A stretch of 64,000 bases of DNA. It comes from a bacterium. Lineage in GTDB: Bacteria; JADJOY01. The notes under the pieces are model-generated. The model saw nothing but the letters and a program-made list of their open reading frames with translations, had not been told where the DNA came from and searched no databases. Positions 45,783 to 56,240 of the stretch are shown piece by piece; within the stretch, counting starts at the first letter, position 1, and each line of letters begins with the position of its first letter. Both the position numbers and the translations under genes were made by a program. Where the stretch lies: NCBI GenBank assembly GCA_046331705.1, contig JAXLQJ010000022.1, positions 1-64,000 of the forward strand. The letters are read 5' to 3'.

Positions 45783-47146
45783 TGAGGACCGCCGTCGTCG
45801 GCGGCGGTCTTCTCGGGCTCACGCTCGCGCACCGGCTCACGGGGCTCGGCCACGCGGTCGAGCTCTTCGAGGCGGCGCCCGAGCTCGGTGGCCTGGCGTG
45901 CTCCCACGACTACGGCTCCTTCACGTGGGACCGCTTCTACCACTGCATCCTGCCGCAGGATCAGGCGCTGATCGCGCTGCTCGAGGAGCTCGGCCTCGGC
46001 AGCGAGCTCTGCTTCCGAACCACCGGCACGGGGTACTGGTCGGCGAATCGTTTCCATTCGATGAGCAGCAACACGGACTTCCTGCGCTTTCCGTTGCTCT
46101 CGTTCGTCGACAAGGGGCGTCTCGGCGCCGCGATCGTGTACGCGACCCGCTTCGCGGACCCCTTCGAGCTCTACCGGGTGACCGCCCAGGACTGGCTCAC
46201 CAAGATCTGCGGTCGCCGCACCTACGAGGTCTTCTGGCGACCGTTGCTCAAGGCGAAGTTCGGAACCTTCTACGATCAAGTCGCCGCGGTCTTCATCTGG
46301 GCCACGCTCACACGACTCTTCGGTGCGCGGCGCGGCGCCGGCGCCAAGGAGAATCTCGGTTACGCGCGCGGCGGCTACGCGCGAATCCTGCGCACCCTCG
46401 CGACGAAGCTCACCGAGCGCGGCACGGTCATCCACCTGCAGACACCCGTGGCCGGGATCCGTCGCGTCCCCGCGCGAGCGGGCGCACGCGAGGGCTGTGC
46501 GCTCGCGTGGTCCACCGCGGACGGCCAGCCGGCGCACGACGAGTTCGACCAGGTCTTCTTCACGGCCCCCACCCGCCTCGCCGAGCATCTGGTCGGGGAC
46601 GACCTGATCTCGCACGTGCAGCGGATGGCCGCGGATTTTCCGACCTCGAATGCGTATCTGGGCGTCGCGTGCGCCGTGCTCGCCCTCAAGAAGCCGCTCA
46701 CGCCCTACTACGTTCTCAACATCGGCGACGAGTCCGTCGAGCTCACCGGCGTGATCGAGATGACGAACCTGGTGGATCGGGATGCCGAGACCAACGGCCG
46801 CGCGCTGGTCTATCTGCCGCGCTACCTGGGCGCCGACGACGAGCGGCTTGCCGCCCCGGACAGCGAGCTGCTCGACGCTCTCGTCGGCCGCGGCCTGAAG
46901 ACGATCTTCCCCGAGTTCCGCGACTCCGACATCGACTACGCCGGCGTCCACCGCGCCCGTTACGTCCAGCCGCTTCCGCTGGTCGGCGCCGCGCCCACCG
47001 ACGCGAAGAAGCAAGCCGGCCTCGAGCGCCCCTTCCAGATCGTGAACACCGCGATGCTCACCTGCGCGACCCTCAACAACAACGAGGTCGTTTCCCTCGT
47101 CGACAACTACGTCCGTCGCCACGCCGCCGAGCTCAGCGCGTCGTGA
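45782..47146 (+). CDS. FAD-dependent oxidoreductase (protoporphyrinogen/amine oxidase-like, glycan-locus type)
   Basis: VVGGGLLGL, FEA..ELGGLA, DRFYHCI, LGY.RGG. Confidence 0.8.
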   Translation: MRTAVVGGGLLGLTLAHRLTGLGHAVELFEAAPELGGLACSHDYGSFTWDRFYHCILPQDQALIALLEELGLGSELCFRTTGTGYWSANRFHSMSSNTDFLRFPLLSFVDKGRLGAAIVYATRFADPFELYRVTAQDWLTKICGRRTYEVFWRPLLKAKFGTFYDQVAAVFIWATLTRLFGARRGAGAKENLGYARGGYARILRTLATKLTERGTVIHLQTPVAGIRRVPARAGAREGCALAWSTADGQPAHDEFDQVFFTAPTRLAEHLVGDDLISHVQRMAADFPTSNAYLGVACAVLALKKPLTPYYVLNIGDESVELTGVIEMTNLVDRDAETNGRALVYLPRYLGADDERLAAPDSELLDALVGRGLKTIFPEFRDSDIDYAGVHRARYVQPLPLVGAAPTDAKKQAGLERPFQIVNTAMLTCATLNNNEVVSLVDNYVRRHAAELSAS

Positions 47147-47165
47147 CGGGGTCTGCCAGGGCGAG

Positions 47166-47305
47166 CAGGCTGCTGAAGAAGACACGCGCCCGAGGCGTGC
47201 CGACGAGCGTCGCGAGTCGGCTTGGGGTCGGGGGTCTGGAACAGACCCCCGAGCAAGCATCGGCGGGCTCGAACGACTCGCGACTGCGAGCTGTTCAGCA
47301 GCCTG
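47166..47305. repeat. Nested inverted-repeat element (REP/MITE-like)
   Basis: 12-bp terminal IR CAGGCTGCTGAA/TTCAGCAGCCTG; 11-bp internal IR 47209-47219/47274-47284; 11-bp GAA-loop hairpin 47228-47252. Confidence 0.65.
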
Positions 47306-47323
47306 GGACACCGGGCCGCGTGC

Positions 47324-47839
47324 TCACGCGGCCAGCGCCGGCCCGAACATCCGCGCGCACGCGTCGGGATTCATGAACCCTCGGTAACGCTTGGCCTCGG
47401 CGCGCGTCAGCACCTCGATCAGGAAGGTGCCGTCGATCCACACCTCGATCACGCGAAAGACACCACCGCGCTCGCAGCCGAGCGCGCGCCAGCCAGCGCG
47501 GGCCGCGATCTCGAGCACCCGCGTCTCGCTCAGGTCGGAGACGATCGCCGCATGGAACGCCGAGGCACCGAGCCGCGGCCCGTCGGGACGGATCTGATCT
47601 TCCCAGGGCATCGGCTCCGGGCCCGACGGCTGGCGCGCAGGATCGACGTCTCCCTCGCCGGGATGGTGGGCCATCCGCTCGGGCATGACCTCGATGGCAA
47701 GGCCGGAGCCGTCGTTGGCGACGGCGACGAACGATCCCGGCACCACCGGGAAGGCGAACACGGATCCCGAGACGAGCTCGGCGAGTGCGCGCGCGGTGGC
47801 TTCCGGCGCACGGGATGCGATCGAGAAGTGAGCAATCAT
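47324..47839 (-). CDS. Conserved hypothetical protein (VOC/glyoxalase-like fold)
   Basis: RBS AGGAGG; MIAHFSI...A..LAEL, AIEV.P, FHAAI, F.VIEVWI....LIEV. Confidence 0.65.
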   Translation of the reverse strand: MIAHFSIASRAPEATARALAELVSGSVFAFPVVPGSFVAVANDGSGLAIEVMPERMAHHPGEGDVDPARQPSGPEPMPWEDQIRPDGPRLGASAFHAAIVSDLSETRVLEIAARAGWRALGCERGGVFRVIEVWIDGTFLIEVLTRAEAKRYRGFMNPDACARMFGPALAA

Positions 47840-47843
47840 GGCG

Positions 47844-48506
47844 TTACCTCCTGGTGGAACGTGACGAGACGCGATCGCGCGCATCCGCGGCGCCATCGCG
47901 CGACTGTTTGCGGAGATCGGCGAGAATCAGCCGGATGACCCACGCGGCGGCCGCCGCCGCTTCCTCGCCGGCGAGGCCCCACTGCTCACGCAGGGAGAGC
48001 CAGGCGTAGGCGCTGTGGAGAAGCTGGATCACCGCGGCCCCGCGGCGCCGGCGCTGCGCATCGAGCCCGCGCGTGGCGTCGGCGATCGCCGCCAGGAACG
48101 CGCGCTGGCGCTCGGCATCCAGCGCCGCGCGCATCTCGCGACCGCGCGGCGAGAGCACCGAGGCCTTGATCTGCGCCGGCATCCGATCGAAGCCGGTGAA
48201 CAGCGGCGCGAGCTGCTCGGTGAGCGATGCCTCGCTCGTCGGCATCCCGATCTCCGGGCTGATGCGCGCGTTGATCCACGCCCAGAGCCCCGTGAGCAGC
48301 GCGTCGCGCGTGGGGAAGTGCCGGTAGACCGTCATCTCGGTCACCTCCGCCCTCGCGGCCACGGCTCGATAGGTCAGCGTCTCGGCGGAGTCGCTCTCGC
48401 CGAGCAGCGACGACATCGCCTCCAGGATGCGCTGCCGGGTGGCGGCGGTCTGCGCGCGGCGCAACGGTGACTCGTATGTTGTCGATGCTTTCTTCATGTT
48501 AGTCAT
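47844..48506 (-). CDS. TetR/AcrR family transcriptional regulator
   Basis: TRQRILEA...LTYRAVAARAEV.EMTVYRHFPTRDALL HTH; alternative start 48497. Confidence 0.9.
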   Translation of the reverse strand: MTNMKKASTTYESPLRRAQTAATRQRILEAMSSLLGESDSAETLTYRAVAARAEVTEMTVYRHFPTRDALLTGLWAWINARISPEIGMPTSEASLTEQLAPLFTGFDRMPAQIKASVLSPRGREMRAALDAERQRAFLAAIADATRGLDAQRRRRGAAVIQLLHSAYAWLSLREQWGLAGEEAAAAAAWVIRLILADLRKQSRDGAADARDRVSSRSTRR

Positions 48507-48514
48507 ACTAACAT
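48496..48514. promoter_or_regulatory. Probable TetR operator
   Basis: AT-rich perfect palindrome ATGTTAGT-CAT-ACTAACAT over the tetR start codon. Confidence 0.65.
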
Positions 48515-48649
48515 CACGATCACGAGCCCGCAAGTCGGCGCGCCGCCGATTCGAGCCTTCGACGACGAGCCGGGGAATCCCGGGGCACGCGGTGCCCGCA
48601 GGCGCCCACGAGAGCGCCGCTCCCGCACCGACACCCGTCCCAGCGGGCG

Positions 48650-51166
48650 TCACTCCGCGAGGCGCAGCGTCTCGCCGATCTGGTGGGTGGTGATCTCGGT
48701 CTCGCAGTAAGGGAAGCGGACCCATTCCTTGCGGGAGTACAGGGCGGTCTGGTCGCCGAAATGGGGGCTTTCGGGGTCGGTCGACTGGGAGTGCGTCAGG
48801 ATGGTCTCGGCGATGGGGCAATCGCCGTCATCCCAGGTGACGGCCTGGATGTACGAGTTGCCGTAGTCGACGTCGAAGTAGCCGCCGCGTTCGAGCGGGG
48901 CGCCGATGACGCCGAAGGTGCCGAGACCCGTGTCGCCGCCGTGGAGCGGAACGACGACCTCGTTGCGGGGGTAGAACTGCACCTCGCCCCAGCGGGCATC
49001 GAGGGCGACGCCGGCGTCGTCGAGCGCGGTGACGGCGTTGGCGAGCAGGCCCAGCACGAGCGTGCGGTTCGCCTCCACGCTGGTGTCGATGCCGCGCGGG
49101 GTGTGCACGGGATCGGCGCGATCGAAGTCCACGCGCCAGAGCTCGCCCGAGCGCACCACACCTTGGAACTCGTCGCCGCGCTCGGCTTCCATGCCGCGCC
49201 AGAGCTCGGTCCACACCTGGGCACCGCGACTCTCGAGGTTCACCTTGCGGTCCCAGCCGCGCAGCGCATCACACGCCGCGAGGGCGCGCCTGGCGATGTC
49301 GTCGGTCGCGGGTGCGGCGCCGTCGCAGATCGCGAGCACGTCGTCGAGGGCGATCTCGGCACCCAGGACGCGGTTCGCGTACATGAGCGCCTGGAGCGTG
49401 GGCAGATCGAAGCCGGCCTCGCTGCCGAGGCCGTCGCTGCGATCCTTGCGCGCCGCGACCAGCACGTGCCCCATCCGTGCGCGCAGGCTCTGCGGCTCGT
49501 TCTCCCATTGCGTCCAGCCCATCACCAGCGGGAAACCGGTGAGGGGCGTGCTCGGGTTGGCGATCCAGTAGCTGTTGTTGCCGTTCGCCACGTAGTCGGT
49601 GGTGCGCAGCACGGGGCGCGAGGCGTAGCCGAAGGCGTTCGAGCCGGGCGGCGAGTCGGCGTCCTCGCCCCATTCGCACGCCGACGTCGAACCGTCGAGC
49701 GCCAGGATCGCGTTCGAGGTCGCCCGCGCGAGCACCTGCCCCACGACACTCTTCGAGCAGCGTTCGAGCTGGGCTTGGGTGACGTGCGGCACGGCGGACA
49801 CCTCGCCGTAGAACGCCTCGCCGTCGCGATCGGCGGCCAGGGTGTGGAAGACGGGATTGCCGATCGAGCGCAGCGCCGTCGTGAAGTCGTCGAGGTTTCG
49901 CGACTGGCCCACGGCAATCCATTGCTGTGCGGAGCGCAACGGCGTGGTGAGGTTCGCGTCGCGCATCGCCAGGAGCTTGCCGTTCACCATCGGCCACCCG
50001 TCGAGCAGCGAGCTGAAGGCGGCGAGGTCGAGGATCAGGCCGTGATGCGAGCTGTAGAAGGTGTGGCTGCGGGATTCGAGCGAGCCGTCGGCGCGCCGGA
50101 CCTGGATCTCGATGGTGTCGGCGGTGATGTCGCGCCAGCCGTCGTCGTAGCGGTAGCGCAGCGGGTTCGCGGGATCGATCTCGAGCTGGTAGAGCGTGAA
50201 GCGAGTGGCTTGCGAGACGGTGTGGGTCCACGCGACGTCGCGGTTGAAGCCGATGCCCACCCACGGCAATCCCTGCAGCGCCGCACCGGCGGCGTCGTAG
50301 ACCCCGGGGATCGTGAGGTGGACCTCGTACCAGCGGCCGCTGCCGTTCCACGGCTGGTGTGGATTGCCGAGCAACATGCCCTTGCCGCTGCGCGTGAGGT
50401 CGCGGCCGAGGGCAATCCCGTTCGAGCCACCGTGATCGTGGAGCGACGCCGCGAGACGCGCGAGGCCGGGCACGGCGTCGACCGCGAGCGCCGCGGCAAG
50501 CGCGTCCTCGGTGCGCGCCGCGGCCGACGCTGCGCCAGCGGTGCGCGCGCCGCCGGGGCCGTTCACCGCGAGGATCGCGTCACGGATGACTCCGAGATCC
50601 GAGCTTCCCGCCAGCGCGATGCGCCGCAGGTACATCCAGAGATCGACGTCGTCCACCTCGTACACCCACGGCGCGCTCCGGCACCCCGCGGGTCCCAGGG
50701 CGAGCCGATCGATACCGGTGTCGCGCAGATAACGGTTCATCCCCGCCGCGAAACCGCGGCCCAGGGCCTGCACCTCGCCGGGCAACGCGTCGACGAAGCG
50801 CGCGCGGAATTGCTCCTTGGTTCCGTTCAGGAAGCGGAACAGGAAATCCGCGCCGGGATCGCCCTCGTCCTCGCCCATCCGCTCCGCCGAACGTCCCGAC
50901 GCGAGCGCGATCTCGCGCATCGTCACGCAATAGTCGTCTTGGGAATAGGCATAGCCGTAGCCGAACGCGAGGCTCTCCCAGTCGCCGGCGGTCACGTGCG
51001 GGATGCCGTACTCCGTGCGACGGATGTCGGCGGAGAGGCGGCGGGCGCTCCCAGTCGAATCGCCGCACGCGGAGCCGACGGCGAGCGCGAGGAAGAGCAG
51101 CAGCGCCAAGCGTAGGTGAGAAGGTCGCTGGCGTAGGCCAGTGACGCGGGTATCGGCCGTCGTCAT
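48650..51166 (-). CDS. Penicillin acylase-family Ntn hydrolase (AHL acylase/PvdQ-like) lipoprotein
   Basis: Lipobox [20 protein letters not shown], beta-chain start [38 protein letters not shown]. Confidence 0.9.
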   Translation of the reverse strand: MTTADTRVTGLRQRPSHLRLALLLFLALAVGSACGDSTGSARRLSADIRRTEYGIPHVTAGDWESLAFGYGYAYSQDDYCVTMREIALASGRSAERMGEDEGDPGADFLFRFLNGTKEQFRARFVDALPGEVQALGRGFAAGMNRYLRDTGIDRLALGPAGCRSAPWVYEVDDVDLWMYLRRIALAGSSDLGVIRDAILAVNGPGGARTAGAASAAARTEDALAAALAVDAVPGLARLAASLHDHGGSNGIALGRDLTRSGKGMLLGNPHQPWNGSGRWYEVHLTIPGVYDAAGAALQGLPWVGIGFNRDVAWTHTVSQATRFTLYQLEIDPANPLRYRYDDGWRDITADTIEIQVRRADGSLESRSHTFYSSHHGLILDLAAFSSLLDGWPMVNGKLLAMRDANLTTPLRSAQQWIAVGQSRNLDDFTTALRSIGNPVFHTLAADRDGEAFYGEVSAVPHVTQAQLERCSKSVVGQVLARATSNAILALDGSTSACEWGEDADSPPGSNAFGYASRPVLRTTDYVANGNNSYWIANPSTPLTGFPLVMGWTQWENEPQSLRARMGHVLVAARKDRSDGLGSEAGFDLPTLQALMYANRVLGAEIALDDVLAICDGAAPATDDIARRALAACDALRGWDRKVNLESRGAQVWTELWRGMEAERGDEFQGVVRSGELWRVDFDRADPVHTPRGIDTSVEANRTLVLGLLANAVTALDDAGVALDARWGEVQFYPRNEVVVPLHGGDTGLGTFGVIGAPLERGGYFDVDYGNSYIQAVTWDDGDCPIAETILTHSQSTDPESPHFGDQTALYSRKEWVRFPYCETEITTHQIGETLRLAE

Positions 51167-51349
51167 GACGCGAACGCTAGTGCATCGCCCCCCGCACGCG
51201 CCACTCGGGTGCTCGCGCTCGGGTGCTCGCGCATGCGCGCGGGAGTGCTCGCTCGCGTGAACCCACGCCGCAAGCCTCGCCGATGCGCCCAGCCTGGTAC
51301 CGCCCGCTCCCTTCGGCGCGAGCCCTCGACGCGAACCGGGACGAAGCGA

Positions 51350-52924
<1,575 letters not shown>

Positions 52925-52955
52925 CGATAACTCCGCTATCCAACGCATAACGCTC

Positions 52956-52980
52956 GATCGTTATTCGCACCATAACGATC
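52956..52980. promoter_or_regulatory. Candidate NorR enhancer region
   Basis: GT-N7-AC at 52960-52970 inside the perfect IR GATCGTTAT-N7-ATAACGATC. Confidence 0.5.
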
Positions 52981-53014
52981 AGTCCAAACTTCTGCCATCA
53001 CAGGAGTTTTCGAT

Positions 53015-53029
53015 CGGCATCGGACCTGC
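53015..53029 (+). promoter_or_regulatory. Sigma-54 promoter of ric-qnor
   Basis: CGGCATCGGACCTGC, GG-N10-GC, followed by RBS AGGAGG and ATG 53057; adjacent to norR. Confidence 0.65.
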
Positions 53030-53056
53030 GTTGGGACCTGAGCAGGAGGAAGCGCC

Positions 53057-53719
53057 ATGAACCCAAGCCACATCACGCTCGCCGAGCTCGCGGTCACGCG
53101 ACCGGGAGCCATCCACGTCTTTCGACACCACGGTCTCGACTTCTGTTGCCACGGGCGCCGCAGCCTCGCCGAAGCGTGCGCCGAAAAGGGCATCGATCCG
53201 CATGCCATCTCGAGCGAGATCGACGCCGCCGAGCCGCAGCTTCACCGCGGCACCGACTGGGCCGCGCGTCCGCTCGGCGAGGTGCTCGACTTCATCGAGA
53301 GCCGCTACCACGCGGCGCTGCGCAGCGACCTGCCGATGCTGATCGACCTCGCGCGCAAGGTGGAGCGCGTCCACGCCGACAAGGCGAGCTGCCCGCGCGG
53401 TCTCTCCACCCACCTCACGCGGATGCAGGAAGCGATCGACGAGCACCTGGCCAAGGAAGAGCAGGTGCTCTTCCCGATCGTGCGCGCGGGACGCGGCCGC
53501 ATGGCCGCCTGCCCGGTCCAAGTCATGGAGCGCGAGCACGAGGACCACGGTCGCTCGCTCGAGCTCCTGCGCTCGCTCACCGGCGATTTCCAGCTGCCAG
53601 CGGAGGCCTGCGGTTCGTGGCGCGCGCTCTACGCCGGGCTCGAGCGGCTGACTTCGGACCTGATCGAGCACATCCACCTGGAAAACAACGTCGTCTTCCC
53701 CCGCGCGCTCTGCGAGTGA
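53057..53719 (+). CDS. ytfE: Iron-sulfur cluster repair di-iron protein (RIC/YtfE)
   Basis: LDFCCHG, RYH, KVERVH, HLAKEEQVLFP, MEREHEDH, HIHLENNVVFP. Confidence 0.93.
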   Translation: MNPSHITLAELAVTRPGAIHVFRHHGLDFCCHGRRSLAEACAEKGIDPHAISSEIDAAEPQLHRGTDWAARPLGEVLDFIESRYHAALRSDLPMLIDLARKVERVHADKASCPRGLSTHLTRMQEAIDEHLAKEEQVLFPIVRAGRGRMAACPVQVMEREHEDHGRSLELLRSLTGDFQLPAEACGSWRALYAGLERLTSDLIEHIHLENNVVFPRALCE

Positions 53720-53751
53720 GCGCCTCGAGAGAGAGAATCGAGACACGTGCC

Positions 53752-56064
53752 ATGAACGACATCGGCAAACGCTTCGCTTGGCTGGGCGGGACGGTGATCG
53801 TGGCGTTCACGATCCTGGGCTTCTTCGGACGCGAGGTGTACCGCCAAGCGCCGCCGATCCCCGAGCGGGTGGTGACGCGCTCGGGAACGGTCCTCACCAC
53901 CAAGGACGAGATCCTGAACGGCCAACAGGTCTGGCAGTCGACCGGCGGCCAGCAGCTCGGGTCGGTTTGGGGGCACGGTGCCTACCAGGCGCCCGACTGG
54001 TCTGCAGACTGGTTGCACCGCGAGAGCACGGCGCTGCTCGACGTGTGGGCCGAGCGCGAAGGTGCGGCTTCCTTCGGCGCATTGCCGTCGGAGCGCCAGC
54101 GCACGCTCGAGTCACGGCTGCCCGCGGCGATGCGCGCGAACGGCTTCGATCCGGCGAGCGGCGTGCTCACGCTCGATCCCGACCGCGCCGAGGCGATCGC
54201 GCGAGTCGCGCGCCACTACGAGGCGCTCTTCGGCGGCGCGCCCGAGCTCGCGTCGCTGCGCGAGAGCTACGCCATGCAATCAGTGACGGTGCCGGACGCC
54301 ACGCGCCGCGCCGAGCTCACTCGGTTCGTCTTCTGGACGGCGTGGGCGTGCGCCACCGAGCGCCCGGGCTCGCACGTGACCTACACGAACAACTGGCCCC
54401 ACGAGCCGCTCATCGGGAATCATCCCACCGGCGCGAACGTGGTGTGGTCGATGGTGAGCGTGGTGCTGCTGTTGGGCGCGATCGGCGCGGTCGTGTGGTG
54501 GACGGCGTTTCGCGGCGAGCGCGAGCCCGCGGTCGCGGCACCGCGCCGCGATCCGCTGGCGCGAGTGACGCTCACCCCGTCGATGCGCGCCGTCGCGAAG
54601 TATCTGGGCGTGGTGGTGGCGCTCTTCGTCGTGCAAGTGCTGCTCGGTGCGCTCACGGCGCACTACACCGTCGAGGGGCAATCGTTCTTCGGCATCCCCA
54701 TCGGCGAGATCCTCCCCTACGCGGTCACGCGCACCTGGCACATCCAAACGGGAGTGTTCTGGATCGCCACCGCCTTCCTCGCCGCGGGGCTCTTCCTGGC
54801 TCCGGTGATCGGCGGACGCGAGCCGCGTTTCCAGCGGCTCGGCGTGAACGTGCTCTTCGGTGCGTTGCTGTTGGTGGTGGCCGGCTCGCTGGGCGGCGAA
54901 TGGCTCTCGATCCAGCAGCGCCTCGGGCTGCGCGCCGGCTTCTGGTTCGGCCATCAGGGCTACGAGTACGTGGATCTGGGCCGAGCGTGGCAGGTGGCGC
55001 TCTTCGTCGGCTTGGTGCTCTGGCTCACGTTGATGCTGCGTGGCTTGTGGCCGGCGCTGCGGGTGCGCGAGGAATCGCGACCGCTGGTGCTCATGTTCGC
55101 GGGAGCCAGCGCCGCGATCGGTCTCATGTACGCCGCCGGGTTCTTGTTCGGCGCGCGCACCCACCTCTCGGTGATGGAGTACTGGCGGTGGTGGGTGGTT
55201 CACCTCTGGGTCGAGGGCTTCTTCGAGGTGTTCGCCACCGCGGCCCTGGCCTTCGTGTTCGCTCGCCTCGGGCTCGTGAACGTGAAGCACGCCGGCGCGG
55301 CGGTGATCGGGTCGAGCACGTTGTTCCTGGCGGGCGGCATTCCAGGGACCTTCCACCACCTCTACTTCAGCGGCACGCCGACCCCGATCATGGCGGTGGG
55401 CGCGGTGGCGAGCGCCTTGGAAGTGGTGCCGCTGGTGCTGATCGGCATCGAGGCGTTCCAGACGCATCGCAAGCAGCACGCCGCGGCGTGGGCGGCGCGC
55501 TATCGCTGGCCGATTCGCTTCTTCGTGGGCGTCGCGTTCTGGAACCTCGTGGGAGCGGGCCTCTTCGGCTTCCTCATCAACCCACCGATCGCGCTCTATT
55601 ACATGCAGGGGCTCAACACGACTCCGGTGCACGCGCACACGGCGCTCTTCGGCGTGTACGGGCTCTTGGCGCTCGGGCTCACGCTGCTGGTGGCGCGACT
55701 GCTGACCGGCGAGCGCGCGTGGCGCGAGCGGCCTCTGGCCATCGCGTTCTGGGCGATGAACGCCGGGCTGGCGTTGATGGTGGTGCTGAGCCTGCTCCCG
55801 ATTGGCCTGGCGCAAACCTGGGCGAGCGTCGAGCACGGGCTGTGGTACGCGCGCAGCGCCGAGTTCTCGGCGCTTCCGTGGGTCACGACGCTGCGCTGGC
55901 TGCGGATGGTCGGCGACGTCGTGTTCCTCGGCGGTGTCGCGGCGTTCGGCTACTTCATGATCGGCTTGTGGACCGGCCACGGCGTGGAACCCGTCCACGC
56001 CGCGGACCTCGACATCGGCGATTCGCCACGGTGGGATCACGATCCCGCGACGGCGCCGGTCTGA
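53752..56064 (+). CDS. norB: Quinol-dependent nitric oxide reductase (qNOR)
   Basis: GSVWGHGAYQAPDWSAD, YTNNWP, GHQGYEYVDLGR, WWVVHLWVEGFFEVF, GTFHHLYF, HAHTALFG. Confidence 0.95.
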   Translation: MNDIGKRFAWLGGTVIVAFTILGFFGREVYRQAPPIPERVVTRSGTVLTTKDEILNGQQVWQSTGGQQLGSVWGHGAYQAPDWSADWLHRESTALLDVWAEREGAASFGALPSERQRTLESRLPAAMRANGFDPASGVLTLDPDRAEAIARVARHYEALFGGAPELASLRESYAMQSVTVPDATRRAELTRFVFWTAWACATERPGSHVTYTNNWPHEPLIGNHPTGANVVWSMVSVVLLLGAIGAVVWWTAFRGEREPAVAAPRRDPLARVTLTPSMRAVAKYLGVVVALFVVQVLLGALTAHYTVEGQSFFGIPIGEILPYAVTRTWHIQTGVFWIATAFLAAGLFLAPVIGGREPRFQRLGVNVLFGALLLVVAGSLGGEWLSIQQRLGLRAGFWFGHQGYEYVDLGRAWQVALFVGLVLWLTLMLRGLWPALRVREESRPLVLMFAGASAAIGLMYAAGFLFGARTHLSVMEYWRWWVVHLWVEGFFEVFATAALAFVFARLGLVNVKHAGAAVIGSSTLFLAGGIPGTFHHLYFSGTPTPIMAVGAVASALEVVPLVLIGIEAFQTHRKQHAAAWAARYRWPIRFFVGVAFWNLVGAGLFGFLINPPIALYYMQGLNTTPVHAHTALFGVYGLLALGLTLLVARLLTGERAWRERPLAIAFWAMNAGLALMVVLSLLPIGLAQTWASVEHGLWYARSAEFSALPWVTTLRWLRMVGDVVFLGGVAAFGYFMIGLWTGHGVEPVHAADLDIGDSPRWDHDPATAPV

Positions 56065-56090
56065 CCTCACGTTCCTTCGGCGCCACCCAG

Positions 56091-56126
56091 CGGGCGCGCG
56101 CTCCTCGTGAGAGGGGTGCGCGCCCG
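56091..56126 (+). terminator. Hairpin downstream of qNOR (terminator or RNA stabiliser)
   Basis: 16-bp stem CGGGCGCGCGCTCCTC / GAGGGGTGCGCGCCCG with two G-U pairs and a GTGA (GNRA) loop; only a weak pyrimidine tail. Confidence 0.55.
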
Positions 56127-56240
56127 TACCTTCTCCACCCCGGCGGGTCGGTGCTTCCAGGCTGCCGAGAACCTACCGCTGTGCGTCCTGCGCGCGGCCC
56201 GGCGCGTGCCGGCTTCGGCAGCCTGTTAGTCTCGCGCGTC

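Noticed and set aside
53752-56064. Possible NO dismutase (Nod)
   Set aside because: It retains canonical qNOR motifs (HLWVEGFFE, HH, HAH, GHQGYEY) and sits in a standard norR-ric context.
53778-56240. N-terminal 820 aa of the 1613-aa ORF
   Set aside because: Shadow frame of qNOR; the real lipoprotein starts near 56241 after a terminator-like hairpin.
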